This document shows, one piece after another, positions 5,446 to 15,117 of a stretch of DNA of 39,275 nt. The notes below the pieces were generated by a model. It worked only from the letters and a program-made list of their open reading frames with translations. It did no database searches and was not told where the DNA came from. The stretch lies in the IMG/VR virus record IMGVR_UViG_3300029566_000030, one strand, 5' to 3'. Made by a program: the position numbers and the translations under genes. Origin of the DNA: a virus. Every line of letters begins with the position of its first letter. The first letter of the stretch is position 1.

Positions 5446-6893
5446 TGAAAACGACCAAAATTGTAATCAAAAATCTGTTCGGGATCAAGGAGACCGAGCT
5501 CGACGGCCGCTCTGTGGAGATCTCCGGCCCGAAAGGAAGCGGCAAAACTTCCGTCCTTGATTCTATCCGCTACGCCCTCACCAACCGCTCAGATCGTGAT
5601 TATATCGTGCATCGGGGCGCCGATGAGGGCGAAATCCTCATTGAGACCGATACCGGCCTCTCCATCGACCGTAAGGCCTTGCCCGCCAAGTCTGCCGGCA
5701 CGGTCAAGGTGCGCGACGGATCTCTCCTTCAGACGCGTCCGGCAGAGTTCCTCTCGCAGATCTTCACGCCGCTGCAGCTTAATCCTGTCGAGTTCACCCA
5801 GCTCTCCCGGCAGGAAAAGAACCGCGTCATTCTCAATCTCATCGAATTTGCGTGGGACACCAACTGGATCCGTGAGCAATTCGGCGAAATCCCGCAGGGT
5901 GTGGACTATTCCAAGCATATTCTCGAGGTTCTGCACGATATCCAGGCGGAAAACGGTGTCTATTTCCAGTCACGCCAGAACATCAACCGCGACATCCGCA
6001 ACAAGCAGGCATTCGTTTCCGACATCGCAAAGGACATTCCTTCCGGCTACGATTTCGACCATTGGAATACATATCCCATCGGTGAGAAGTATCGTGAGCT
6101 GGAGAGCCTGAAGGAGCAGAACAATGTGATCGAGCGGGCCAGAGCCTTCCGGAACAGCCACGAGGCGAAGCTCCGCGGGCTGGAGGGTCAGCGCGACCTT
6201 GACATCGCGGCTATCGACCGTAAGACCTCCGAGGACCGCACCCGCCTCACCACGGATATCGAGCGCCTGAAGGCGGAGATCCGCTTGTATGAGGAACGGC
6301 TTGCCGGGCTGGATGAGCGCAGAGAGGAAAGCGTGCGCGTGGTCACCTCCGGCTTTAACGAAAAGAAAGCTAAGCTGGAGCGCGATGCAGGAATCGCAGA
6401 CCAGTATATCGGCCGCGAGCTTGCTGATACGACCGCGCTTTCCAAGGAGATCGACACAGCCGAGGCTATGCGTAAGCACCTCAATGAGTACCAGCGCATG
6501 GTTTCCATGCAGGAAGAGATCGGGAAGCTTACCGAGGAATCCGAGGAGCTGACACGCAAGATCGAGCTCGCGCGGGAGCTGCCGGCGACGATCCTGCAGA
6601 CTGCGACGATTCCCGTTGATGGCCTGACCGTTGAAGACGGTGTGCCGCTGATCCACGGCCTGCCCATTTCCAATCTGTCCGACGGCGAGCTACTGGAGCT
6701 GTGCGTGGATATCACGGTGAGCAAGCCGGGACAGCTTCAGATCATTCTCATCGATGGCGCCGAGCGCCTTGATAAGGAGAGCCGCGAAAAGCTGTACGCC
6801 AAGTGTAAAGCCAAGGGCCTGCAGCTGATCGCAACGCGCGTGACCGATTCCAATGTAATGGAGGTAACCAACTTAGATGATGACGAAAGATAA
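5445..6893 (+). CDS. SMC/RecF/SbcC-like ABC-type ATPase with coiled-coil insert
   Basis: Walker A GPKGSGKT, long coiled-coil, signature LSDGE, Walker B LQIILIDGAE. Confidence 0.9.
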   Translation: MKTTKIVIKNLFGIKETELDGRSVEISGPKGSGKTSVLDSIRYALTNRSDRDYIVHRGADEGEILIETDTGLSIDRKALPAKSAGTVKVRDGSLLQTRPAEFLSQIFTPLQLNPVEFTQLSRQEKNRVILNLIEFAWDTNWIREQFGEIPQGVDYSKHILEVLHDIQAENGVYFQSRQNINRDIRNKQAFVSDIAKDIPSGYDFDHWNTYPIGEKYRELESLKEQNNVIERARAFRNSHEAKLRGLEGQRDLDIAAIDRKTSEDRTRLTTDIERLKAEIRLYEERLAGLDERREESVRVVTSGFNEKKAKLERDAGIADQYIGRELADTTALSKEIDTAEAMRKHLNEYQRMVSMQEEIGKLTEESEELTRKIELARELPATILQTATIPVDGLTVEDGVPLIHGLPISNLSDGELLELCVDITVSKPGQLQIILIDGAERLDKESREKLYAKCKAKGLQLIATRVTDSNVMEVTNLDDDER

Positions 6894-7503
6894 GCTCCGC
6901 CAGCTTAGTGGCGACGAACGCCTCGGGCAGATGCGAGAATCCGAGTATCTGGGCGCCGAAGACATTGACGATGGGACCGAGCCGATACTGACCATTGCCG
7001 GCCTGTGGTATGGCTCCGTCACGCTCCAGCGCGGCAAGGAAAATAAGGATGTGCTCTCCTTCAAGGAAGAACGCGTACCTGGCATTCTTCAGGTGCGGCC
7101 GCTGATCGTCAACTCAACCAACCGCAAGACACTGCGTAAGCTGTTCGGCGACGCCAAGGCTTCAACGCTGGTCGGTAAGCAGATCCAGCTCTTCGTGGAC
7201 CACAACGTCCGCGATCCTCAGGATGGCGGCATGACCGACGGCATCCGTATCCGGCCGTATAAGCCCCGCCCCCCGAAGCAGGAGCCCGTACCGCCCTGTG
7301 CGGACTGTGAGGGCGAGATCACGCCAGCAATGGGAAGAGACGCCCGCTGGCTAGCGGCATACACGACGAAGCACTACGGCGTTCCGCTCTGTGCGGAATG
7401 CGCGCAGAAGCGCAAGGATGCTGCGACCGCAGCCGCGGCGTCGCAGGAAGAGCAGCCGACCCCGTCTGAAGAGACTGTGGCTGAGACCGAGGAGGTGCTG
7501 TAA
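6877..7503 (+). CDS. Hypothetical recombination-module protein with C-terminal zinc ribbon
   Basis: CADCEGE...CAECAQ motif. Overlaps the ATPase stop. Confidence 0.75.
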   Translation: MMTKDKLRQLSGDERLGQMRESEYLGAEDIDDGTEPILTIAGLWYGSVTLQRGKENKDVLSFKEERVPGILQVRPLIVNSTNRKTLRKLFGDAKASTLVGKQIQLFVDHNVRDPQDGGMTDGIRIRPYKPRPPKQEPVPPCADCEGEITPAMGRDARWLAAYTTKHYGVPLCAECAQKRKDAATAAAASQEEQPTPSEETVAETEEVL

Positions 7504-8345
7504 TGGACCTTCCGGTAGTTACACCGGAGAATTATTATTCTCCGGAAATGAACATGGCCTATATGGGCTCTACGCAATTCAAGGCCTTTGAGAAATGCGA
7601 AGCGGCTGCATTGGCAGAGCTCCGCGGCGAATATACGCCGCCGACGTCACAGGCTTTTCTGGTCGGCGGATATATCGACGCTTGGTTTTCCGGCGAGCTG
7701 CCGCTCTACCAGGCACAGCATCCGGAGATCTTCAAGCGTGACGGTACGCTCAAAGCGGAGTACGTCAAAGCCACTGAGATCGTCGCCCGCCTTCAAGCGG
7801 ACGAGCTCTATTCCATGCTCATGTCGGGAAAGAAGCAGGTCATCCGCACCGGTGTTATCGCCGATGTTCCTTTCAAAGTTAAGATCGACAGCCTGCTTGA
7901 CGCCAATACCTGCAATGTGATCGCCAACCGCTGGCCGCACACGGCAGCCGCGCTGGGCTTTTGCGATGGGGCCATCGTAGATCAGAAAATCATGCGGGAC
8001 ACAGCAGAGGTGTGGTCCGAGGAAGACCATTGCAGGCTTCCGTTCGTCGAGGCTTACGGCTACGACCTTCAGGGCGCAATCTATCAGGCCATCGAGGGAC
8101 ACTTCCTGCCGTTTATCCTCGCCGTCGGTACGAAGGAGGATGCTCCGGATCTGGCGGCCCTCTATATCAACGACGATGACCTTGCAGCCAAGCTCGCTGA
8201 GGTCGAGGACCGCGCGCCGCGGTATCAGGCTATCAAGGATGGAAAGGTCGAGCCGCGCCGTTGCGAGCATTGCGCCTATTGTCGGGCGACCAAATGCCTC
8301 ACGGCCATTTTGGACTACAGGGAGATGAATTACCTTGCTGAATAA
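7503..8345 (+). CDS. PD-(D/E)XK (RecB/Cas4-like) exonuclease with C-terminal Cys cluster
   Basis: KIDSLLD...IVDQK motif, LQGAIYQ motif, and C-terminal CEHCAYCRATKC. Confidence 0.85.
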   Translation: MDLPVVTPENYYSPEMNMAYMGSTQFKAFEKCEAAALAELRGEYTPPTSQAFLVGGYIDAWFSGELPLYQAQHPEIFKRDGTLKAEYVKATEIVARLQADELYSMLMSGKKQVIRTGVIADVPFKVKIDSLLDANTCNVIANRWPHTAAALGFCDGAIVDQKIMRDTAEVWSEEDHCRLPFVEAYGYDLQGAIYQAIEGHFLPFILAVGTKEDAPDLAALYINDDDLAAKLAEVEDRAPRYQAIKDGKVEPRRCEHCAYCRATKCLTAILDYREMNYLAE

Positions 8346-8760
8346 AATCTTCATCATGGGACGTCTGACCCGTGATCCAGAGCTGCGCCATACGCAGAGT
8401 GGAACGGCCGTCGCGTCGTTTTCCCTCGCTGTGGATCGAGACTTCAAGGAGCAGGACGGCAGCAGAGTGACAGACTTCATTGACTGTGTTGCATGGCGAT
8501 CCAGCGCGGAATTTGTGGATAAATACTTCTCCAAAGGCCGCATGGCTGTGGTTGAAGGCCGACTCCAGATCCGTGACTGGACGGACAAGGACGGCAACAA
8601 GCGCCGCAGCGCCGAGGTCATCGTGAACAGCATTTATTTCGGAGACAGCAAAAAGGACGGAGATTCTTCCTTCGGAAACTACCGTGCAGCTGGCGCTCCG
8701 GTCGATGTGAGCGCGTCCGACTTTACGGACGTCGAAGACGATGGCGAGTTACCGTTCTGA
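8335..8760 (+). CDS. ssb: Single-stranded DNA-binding protein
   Basis: MLNKIFIMGRLTRDPELRHTQSGTAVASFSLAV OB-fold N-terminus. Acidic C-terminal tip DDGELPF. Confidence 0.95.
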   Translation: MLNKIFIMGRLTRDPELRHTQSGTAVASFSLAVDRDFKEQDGSRVTDFIDCVAWRSSAEFVDKYFSKGRMAVVEGRLQIRDWTDKDGNKRRSAEVIVNSIYFGDSKKDGDSSFGNYRAAGAPVDVSASDFTDVEDDGELPF

Positions 8761-9283
8761 TCTTGCCGCAGAAATCAAAGAGCGACTTACCGCACGGCAG
8801 GTCATTGAGGCTTACGGATTCCATCCTAACCGAGCAGGTTACATCCAGTGTCCATTTCATGCTGGTGACAGACACGGAAGCCTGAAGATCTATGACGGTG
8901 ATAAGACGGGCTGGCATTGCTTCGGCTGTGGGGCCGGTTCCACCGTCATAGACTTCGTGATGAAGCTCTTCAATATCAATTTCCGGCAGGCATGCTTGCG
9001 CCTTGATGCCGATTTTTCCCTTGGATTGACAGGCAAAAGGCCCAGTGCGGCGGAGATATCCGCTGTACTGGCTGCCCGCCGGCAGGAAGCAGAGAGAAAA
9101 GCAGCGGCGGATCGTGAATACCGCAGGAAAGCTGCAGAGCATTGTTATTGGTGGCAAGTCAAGAAACTGTTTGAGCCGGACAATGCAGACGCGGATGTCG
9201 GTTACATTCACCCGTTGTATGCAGAAGCAATAAAACGACTACCAAGCCTTGAATACTGGCTTGATGAACATTTGGGGGATTGA
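8741..9283 (+). CDS. CHC2 (DnaG-type) zinc-finger protein without a recognisable TOPRIM domain
   Basis: CPFHAGDRHGSLKIY...WHCFGCGAGSTVIDFV is the primase zinc-finger signature. The protein is only 180 aa. Confidence 0.85.
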   Translation: MASYRSDLAAEIKERLTARQVIEAYGFHPNRAGYIQCPFHAGDRHGSLKIYDGDKTGWHCFGCGAGSTVIDFVMKLFNINFRQACLRLDADFSLGLTGKRPSAAEISAVLAARRQEAERKAAADREYRRKAAEHCYWWQVKKLFEPDNADADVGYIHPLYAEAIKRLPSLEYWLDEHLGD

Positions 9284-9286
9284 GTT

Positions 9287-11140
9287 TTGGGAAACGATAC
9301 GCAAAAACCAGCCAGATGGAGTTACACAGCGGAGGACTTTCTGGAATCTACTGCGCCATACGAAGAGCTGGAAAAATGCAATGGCGATCCATTCCTCCAG
9401 CAGCGTATGATCGAGGCAATGAGTAAATACGCCGCAAGCATCGGCTTCCGCGGCCTGAAGCTCATGTATAAGCGCTACCAGCAGAGCATCCGAACATCAC
9501 AAGGAGCCTATATCGGCGAAAATCCAACAAATTTTGAGAATCAGCCTATTGAACTTGATGCTGGGAAGTGGGAGGCGGATGACAGCGGTGTGCGGAGATC
9601 AGACGGGTTTGGAGATGCTGTTGCCTGCCCGCACCCGATTCTTCCTGTCGAACGGCTGGTAAACATTGATACCGGTGAAGAAAAGCTGAGGCTTGCGTTC
9701 CGGAAGGGAGCCATCTGGCGGAAGATTATCGTGAGCAAGGTTATACTCGCCAATGCGAATAAAGTGACTGAACTGGCCGGCTGTGGCGTGGCAGTCACGA
9801 GTCAGAATGCCCGTGCCTTTGTAGAGTACATATCGGACATCGAGAACCTCAACTATGATGTGATCCCAGAACGGAAAAGCATCGGACGCTTCGGATACAT
9901 TCCGGATGAAGGCTTTTCCCCCTTCGTGGACGGTCTGATCTTCGATGGCGACGCCAGCTTTGCCGCGATGTTCCAGACGGTGCGCAGTCACGGCTCTGAA
10001 GCAAAGTGGCTGGATATTGCCGCAGAAGTGAGGGCGATGTCCACGACGGCAAAAATCATTCTTGCAGCATCTTTCTCCAGCGTGCTTCTTGAGCCGCTCG
10101 GCTGTCTGCCGTTCTTCGTACACCTCTGGGGCGTTGACTCAGGCACCGGCAAGACTGTTGCTTTGATGGTAGCCGCAAGCGTTTGGGGCGATCCCGCTAT
10201 CGGTAACTACGTCAAGACCTTTGATGGAACGGTCGTCGGCATGGAAAAGACGGCGGCATTTCTCAATGAGCTGCCGCTGTGTCTCGACGAGCTGCAGCTT
10301 GCCAAGGACAACAAGGGCCGCACGAATTTCGACGTCTATAAGCTCGCGCAGGGTGTTGGACGAACCCGCGGCAACCGTGCCGGCGGCGTCGATCTGACGC
10401 CAACCTGGCACAACTGTATTCTCACAACGGGAGAAAGCCCACTGACCGGACAAGCCTCCGGCGCCGGTGCGGTCAACCGTGTTATTGACATCGAATGCAA
10501 AGCGTCTCAGGCCGTTATAAAGGACGGTATGCATGTCTCCGGTATGGTCAAGCGCAACTATGGCTATGCCGGCAAACGGTTCGTGGAGGAGCTCTATAAG
10601 CCAGGCGTGATCGATCAGATCGCACCGCGGTATCAAGAGCTGTTCCGGGATCTGAGCGATCGAGACACGACTGAGAAACAGGCTATGGCGGCCGCAGCGA
10701 TCGTCCTCGCGGACGAATTGGCGTGCCAGTGGATCTTCGCCGGCGCGCAGAAGCCGATCACCGTGGAAGAGATCTCCGAGTTTCTCGCGTCCAAGGCGGC
10801 AGTGTCAGCCGGTGACCGCGCTTATAAATACCTCTGCGGATGGGTAGCGCAGAACAGCAATCACATGGTCGGCCGCTCGGAAACAATCGACGTTTACGGA
10901 AGTATCGAGGACGGAAAGGCATATATCATCCGGCCAATCTTTGAACGTGCTCTCTCTGATGCAGGATATTCGACCGCTGCCACGCTGTCTCACTTGAAGG
11001 AAGCTGGACTGATCGAAACGCGCGGCCGTGCTATGACCAAATGCAAACGCATCAACGGCGTACAGACGGAGTGCATCTGTCTGACGCTACCTCTTCTTTC
11101 CGAAGATGAAGAGGAGAGCGGCGAGGAACTGCCGCTGTAA
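9287..11140 (+). CDS. SF3-type P-loop replicative helicase / primase-associated protein (DUF927/VirE-like)
   Basis: Walker A GVDSGTGKT, Walker B LCLDELQ. 617 aa. Located directly after the CHC2 protein. Confidence 0.8.
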   Translation: MGNDTQKPARWSYTAEDFLESTAPYEELEKCNGDPFLQQRMIEAMSKYAASIGFRGLKLMYKRYQQSIRTSQGAYIGENPTNFENQPIELDAGKWEADDSGVRRSDGFGDAVACPHPILPVERLVNIDTGEEKLRLAFRKGAIWRKIIVSKVILANANKVTELAGCGVAVTSQNARAFVEYISDIENLNYDVIPERKSIGRFGYIPDEGFSPFVDGLIFDGDASFAAMFQTVRSHGSEAKWLDIAAEVRAMSTTAKIILAASFSSVLLEPLGCLPFFVHLWGVDSGTGKTVALMVAASVWGDPAIGNYVKTFDGTVVGMEKTAAFLNELPLCLDELQLAKDNKGRTNFDVYKLAQGVGRTRGNRAGGVDLTPTWHNCILTTGESPLTGQASGAGAVNRVIDIECKASQAVIKDGMHVSGMVKRNYGYAGKRFVEELYKPGVIDQIAPRYQELFRDLSDRDTTEKQAMAAAAIVLADELACQWIFAGAQKPITVEEISEFLASKAAVSAGDRAYKYLCGWVAQNSNHMVGRSETIDVYGSIEDGKAYIIRPIFERALSDAGYSTAATLSHLKEAGLIETRGRAMTKCKRINGVQTECICLTLPLLSEDEEESGEELPL

Positions 11141-11425
11141 ATGCGGAAAAGTGCGGAGCTGCGCGGTACATCTGTTACGCGCCCGCAAGCCCTTGTGTCG
11201 CAAGGCTTTGACGGCATTTTTCAGAGGGGCGCGGAACTGAGGAACACGATATACACCCCTATAGGAAAAGTTTGTGCGAGTGTGGGAATTAACGGAAATT
11301 TAACGTACATGCAAAAGGCGAGGAAATTTTCACATTTTATGTTCCGCAGTTCCGCACATACCCGCAAACCCTTATGCCGCAAGGCTTTGACGTGCGGAAC
11401 AAGTTTTCCGCGATGCTCCGCAGTT
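11141..11425. repeat. Iteron cluster plus A/T-rich core: putative replication origin
   Basis: At least 8 copies of nTGCGGARC in both orientations (for example 11151-11159, 11229-11237, 11341-11357, 11392-11400, 11415-11423). Two 32-bp direct repeats (11182-11213 and 11361-11392) share 29/32 identity. An A/T-rich stretch lies at about 11255-11340. Confidence 0.55.
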
Positions 11426-11445
11426 ACGCACAAAAGGAGCAAAAA

Positions 11446-12969
11446 ATGAAATTACGAGACTATCAAATCGACTGCATCGACACGATCGAAGCGCAGCCGC
11501 CGGGCGCGTACCTTGCTCAGATGGCGACAGGGCTCGGCAAGACGGTAACCTTTGCAAACCTCCCGCGGCACGGGAAGCGTATGCTGATTCTCTCTCACCG
11601 TGAGGAGCTGGTAGAGCAGCCGCGCAAATACTTCGATTGTTCCTTCGGCGTCGAGCGTGCAGCACTCCGAAGCTACGATGAGGAGGTCGTCAGCGCGTCG
11701 GTTCAGTCCCTTGTGCGCCGTCTGCACCGCTTCCAGCCAGATGAATTTGGCTTAATTATCTGCGACGAGGCACACCACGCCGCAGCAAATACTTACCGGA
11801 AGATCTTCGACCACTTCACACCGGACAAGCTCATCGGCTTTACTGCGACGCCGAACCGCGGCGATAAGGTTCGTCTGGATACAGTGTTCTCCAAGATCAT
11901 CTTCCAGAGAGATCTTCGCTGGGGCATTGAGCACGGATATCTCTGCGACATCTTCTGCCGGCGTGTCAACATCGGCTATGACCTGAGCCAAGTCCACACA
12001 CAGCGGGGGGACTATGCGCCTGGTGAGCTGGATGAAGCAATGGAAGGCACGGCTGACGCAATCGCGCAGGCATACCGAGAGCTGGCCACCGGCGCAACAC
12101 TGATCTTCGCTGTCAGTGTCCACCATGCCGAAGAGATTGCAAAGCGGATTCCTGGCGCTGTAGTAGTCACTGGCGAGACCAAAGATCGTGCTGCCATCAT
12201 CAAGGCGTTTACCGCTGGTGAGATTCCTTGCATCGTAAACTGCATGGTTTTCACAGAGGGAACCGATATTCCCCGCGTGGAGACGGTTATCATCGCCCGT
12301 CCTACACAGTCTGAGTCGCTCTATGCGCAGATGGTCGGGCGCGGGCTGCGGCTATATCCAGGAAAAGAAAAGCTCAATCTGATCGACTGTGTTGGCATTA
12401 CGGGCCGCTCATCGCTTTGCACAGCGCCTTCGCTGCTCGGGCTGGATATGTCTAACGTACCGGTACGCAAAGCCAACGAAGTTGTGGGCGACATTTTTGA
12501 CCTGCCGGCAAAGATTGAAGCTGCCAGCGATGCGCCGGAGAGCTGGATTCGCAATATCGAGATCGTTGATCTCTGGGCGAAAGGACAGAAATACAACACC
12601 CATGACATTAACTTCTTCAAAATGCCGGATGGTTCACTTGTGTGTTCGCTGAAAGATAAACAGAAAATCACCATTCCCTGCCCAGACGCTCTCGGCATGG
12701 TCTGCATGCCGGATGGCACCCGCTGCAAAATGCAGGAAGCTCTCGATCTCGCGTATTGCCAGCTGATTCGAGATCATCTGGACTGTCGACATTTGTGGGA
12801 TCTTCAAATCGTCAAAAAGTGGGGGCGCATGCCAGCAACCGAACGTCAGTTGGCACTTATCCGCAAGCGATGCCAGGGCTACGACCCAGCGGGGCTGAGC
12901 AAAGGCGATGCCAGTCAAATCATTAACCGTCTATTCAACGAGCCAAAGAAAAGGGGGATGCGCTTATGA
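11446..12969 (+). CDS. SF2 DEAH-box helicase (res-subunit-like)
   Basis: MKLRDYQ...MATGLGKT (motif I), ICDEAHH (motif II), FTATP (motif III). ATG at 11446 follows AAAAGGAG. The track start at 11374 lies in the iteron region. Confidence 0.9.
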   Translation: MKLRDYQIDCIDTIEAQPPGAYLAQMATGLGKTVTFANLPRHGKRMLILSHREELVEQPRKYFDCSFGVERAALRSYDEEVVSASVQSLVRRLHRFQPDEFGLIICDEAHHAAANTYRKIFDHFTPDKLIGFTATPNRGDKVRLDTVFSKIIFQRDLRWGIEHGYLCDIFCRRVNIGYDLSQVHTQRGDYAPGELDEAMEGTADAIAQAYRELATGATLIFAVSVHHAEEIAKRIPGAVVVTGETKDRAAIIKAFTAGEIPCIVNCMVFTEGTDIPRVETVIIARPTQSESLYAQMVGRGLRLYPGKEKLNLIDCVGITGRSSLCTAPSLLGLDMSNVPVRKANEVVGDIFDLPAKIEAASDAPESWIRNIEIVDLWAKGQKYNTHDINFFKMPDGSLVCSLKDKQKITIPCPDALGMVCMPDGTRCKMQEALDLAYCQLIRDHLDCRHLWDLQIVKKWGRMPATERQLALIRKRCQGYDPAGLSKGDASQIINRLFNEPKKRGMRL

Positions 12970-13115
12970 AGCTGTATGTAACAAAAGCAGAGGACCGAGA
13001 TCTGATGGTCATGATTCTTGCCAGAAATGGTTATACCGTCCGCCAGGGCAAGGAGAAAAAACCTGAAACCAAGCAGACGGTCGCTTTTGTGGAGATAATT
13101 GAGAATGGCAAGTGA
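12966..13115 (+). CDS. Small hypothetical protein (49 aa), below the ORF-track cutoff
   Basis: ATGA coupling to the helicase stop. Translates to MKLYVTKAEDRDLMVMILARNGYTVRQGKEKKPETKQTVAFVEIIENGK. It fills an otherwise empty gap. Confidence 0.45.
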   Translation: MKLYVTKAEDRDLMVMILARNGYTVRQGKEKKPETKQTVAFVEIIENGK

Positions 13116-13479
13116 ATCCAGCCATCAGCAGGCGGTGATTAAATGGTCGCAGCAGCCGTCTGTGCGTGAGCGGTATCCAGAGTTGGCTCTGCTGCACCAC
13201 ATCAAGAACGAGACGAAAGAGGGCGCTGCGCAGGTCGCTGTGGATAAGGCGATGGGCGTCAAAAAGGGTGTGCCGGATCTGCACCTGCCTGTCGCCCGCG
13301 GCGGCTATCACAGCCTCTACATCGAGATGAAGAATGAAACCGGCCGCGCAAACGATGCGCAGAACTGGTGGCTCGAACGCCTGAAGCTGGAGGGTAATTA
13401 TACCGTGGTCTGCCACGGTTGGCAGTCTGCGGTGAACATCCTCACATGGTATCTCGGACTGGGTGAATACCATGCCTGA
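13105..13479 (+). CDS. VRR-NUC domain nuclease
   Basis: GVKKGVPDLHLP...LYIEMK motif (PD-(D/E)XK type), which commonly follows phage SF2 helicases. Confidence 0.85.
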   Translation: MASESSHQQAVIKWSQQPSVRERYPELALLHHIKNETKEGAAQVAVDKAMGVKKGVPDLHLPVARGGYHSLYIEMKNETGRANDAQNWWLERLKLEGNYTVVCHGWQSAVNILTWYLGLGEYHA

Positions 13480-13843
13480 GTTTGCCCTGCCTTATGAGCA
13501 GGCTGCCATGCATAACGAAGAAATGCCGGCGGGCTTGAGTATCTATGACCAGGCAGCCTATCAGGCCCTCCGGCACCTATACCGCTCGTACCGCATGAAA
13601 ATCATCGACCGCGCTCAGGCTGCTCATGAAAAGAAGATGATCGTCAAAGCTCGCAACGAGGCTGTCGCTGTTGCTGCATTTGAGCAGAGATGCGCATTTA
13701 ACCGCGCCGAGACGATTCGACTCACTGAAGCAGCTAAAGCCGCCTGCAGAAAAGATCCCTCTGTTGAAAATGTTATCCGGCTGGTCAATGTACTTGACGG
13801 CCTTGAAAGGAGACCTCCCAATGAAGGAAGCGGATATCAATAA
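13463..13843 (+). CDS. Hypothetical protein (126 aa; start may be ATG 13472)
   Basis: ORF with protein-like helical composition. Overlaps the upstream stop. Confidence 0.65.
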   Translation: MNTMPEFALPYEQAAMHNEEMPAGLSIYDQAAYQALRHLYRSYRMKIIDRAQAAHEKKMIVKARNEAVAVAAFEQRCAFNRAETIRLTEAAKAACRKDPSVENVIRLVNVLDGLERRPPNEGSGYQ

Positions 13844-14060
13844 AACCGCGATCATCTCCGGACTTAAAGCGTACCGTGAACGCAACGGCGCCAGAGCCTA
13901 TCGTATCGTGGCTCACTATGTCGGCTCAAAACGCATCTCTGATGACGTGCTTCGTGCCATTGTCAGCAACGCCTACCGTATTTCCGATGAAGCGTGGATG
14001 CGCATTGATGCGACGCTTGATGACCTTGAAAAGAAGGAGGCAATGAAGCATGAAAAATAA
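13821..14060 (+). CDS. Hypothetical protein (79 aa)
   Basis: ATG at 13821 follows AAAGGAGA. In frame with track ORF 13671..14060. Confidence 0.65.
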   Translation: MKEADINKTAIISGLKAYRERNGARAYRIVAHYVGSKRISDDVLRAIVSNAYRISDEAWMRIDATLDDLEKKEAMKHEK

Positions 14061-14280
14061 GCTGGTTGATTTGAATAATCATCTCTTTGCGGAACTGGAA
14101 CGCCTGAGCGACGAAGATCTGCAAGGTGACGCGCTGACGGCAGAAATCGACCGTGCGAAAGCTATTACGGGCGTTGCGTCTCAAATCATTGCGAACGGCA
14201 CGCTTGTCCTGAAGGCAAGGGTCATCGCCGATAATAGCTTGTCCGCAGATTTCACCGTGCCTGCGATGCTGGAGGATTGA
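14050..14280 (+). CDS. Hypothetical protein (76 aa)
   Basis: Compact ORF coupled to its neighbours. Confidence 0.65.
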   Translation: MKNKLVDLNNHLFAELERLSDEDLQGDALTAEIDRAKAITGVASQIIANGTLVLKARVIADNSLSADFTVPAMLED

Positions 14281-14283
14281 TCC

Positions 14284-15117
14284 ATGCCGAAACGCATCTA
14301 TCCGCTGGAGCTGCACACTTTCATCACCGAGCACGCTGCTGGCACGACAAACAAGAAGCTCGCAGATCTTATCAACGCACGGTTCGGTGATGGCTATATG
14401 ACCGAGTCGCAAGTCAAGGCATACCGGAAGAACCATCATCTTCCAAGTGGTTTGCCGAAGGGCCGAGCGACATACTTTTCCAGAATATTTCCTGAACCGG
14501 TGGTTCGGTACATCATGGACAACTATGTTGGCACTGGTCCTACTGAAATGGCAGGTAAACTGAATGCAGCATTTGAAACGAACTATACCGTCGCTCAAAT
14601 CAACGGGTATTACAGCAATCATCATCTCAACTGCGGCATTACCGGCCGTTTTGAAAAAGGACACGTCCCCGCCAACAAAGGTAAGCATCCGCCGACGGTC
14701 GGCCGTATGGCAGAAACCCAATTTAGGAAAGGCAATTTGCCACACAATACTAAGCCTATCGGTTATGAGCGAATCAGTAAAGATGGCTATGTTGAGGTAA
14801 AGGTCAAGATGCGGCCGAGCAGCCCATATTGCAACGATAACTTCATTCCGAAGCACCGTCTGCTCTGGGAGGCTGAGAATGGCCCCGTTCCAAAGGGCCA
14901 CAAACTGATTTTTGCGGATGGAGATAAGACTAATATCTCGTTGGATAACCTGTTGCTCATCACTGATGCTCAGATGGCACGGCTGAACAAGAGTGGATTT
15001 GTAAAGGTAGATAAGGATCTGACCGTTGCAAGCCTACTTGTCTGTGATGTGATCAGCAAGACAGCACGACGGAAAGAAGAAATGACGAGAGGAAAAAAGC
15101 ATGAAAAAAACTGTTGA
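14284..15117 (+). CDS. HNH_3-type (homing-endonuclease-like) protein with two tandem N-terminal HTH-like modules
   Basis: C-terminal HRLLWEAENGPVPKGHKLIFADGDKTNISLDNLLL. N-terminal repeats: ELHTFITEHAAGTTNKKLADLINARF...YRKNHHLPSG and VVRYIMDNYVGTGPTEMAGKLNAAF...YYSNHHLNCG. Confidence 0.8.
   Translation: MPKRIYPLELHTFITEHAAGTTNKKLADLINARFGDGYMTESQVKAYRKNHHLPSGLPKGRATYFSRIFPEPVVRYIMDNYVGTGPTEMAGKLNAAFETNYTVAQINGYYSNHHLNCGITGRFEKGHVPANKGKHPPTVGRMAETQFRKGNLPHNTKPIGYERISKDGYVEVKVKMRPSSPYCNDNFIPKHRLLWEAENGPVPKGHKLIFADGDKTNISLDNLLLITDAQMARLNKSGFVKVDKDLTVASLLVCDVISKTARRKEEMTRGKKHEKNC

Noticed and set aside
4241-5545. Very long minus-strand ORFs antisense to confident plus-strand genes. This includes 18720..20333, 20506..21837, 22441..23541, 25841..27238, 29040..30269, 30819..31766, 32987..33808 and 7647..8633.
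   Set aside because: They have Arg/Gly/Ala/His-rich low-complexity translations, no SD sequences and full overlap with recognisable phage genes. These are typical shadow ORFs of high-GC coding DNA.
11141-11449. 102-aa ORF and the upstream-extended helicase start at 11374
   Set aside because: The region consists of iterons and direct repeats. The two 32-bp repeat copies fall in different reading frames. The helicase has a good SD-led ATG at 11446.
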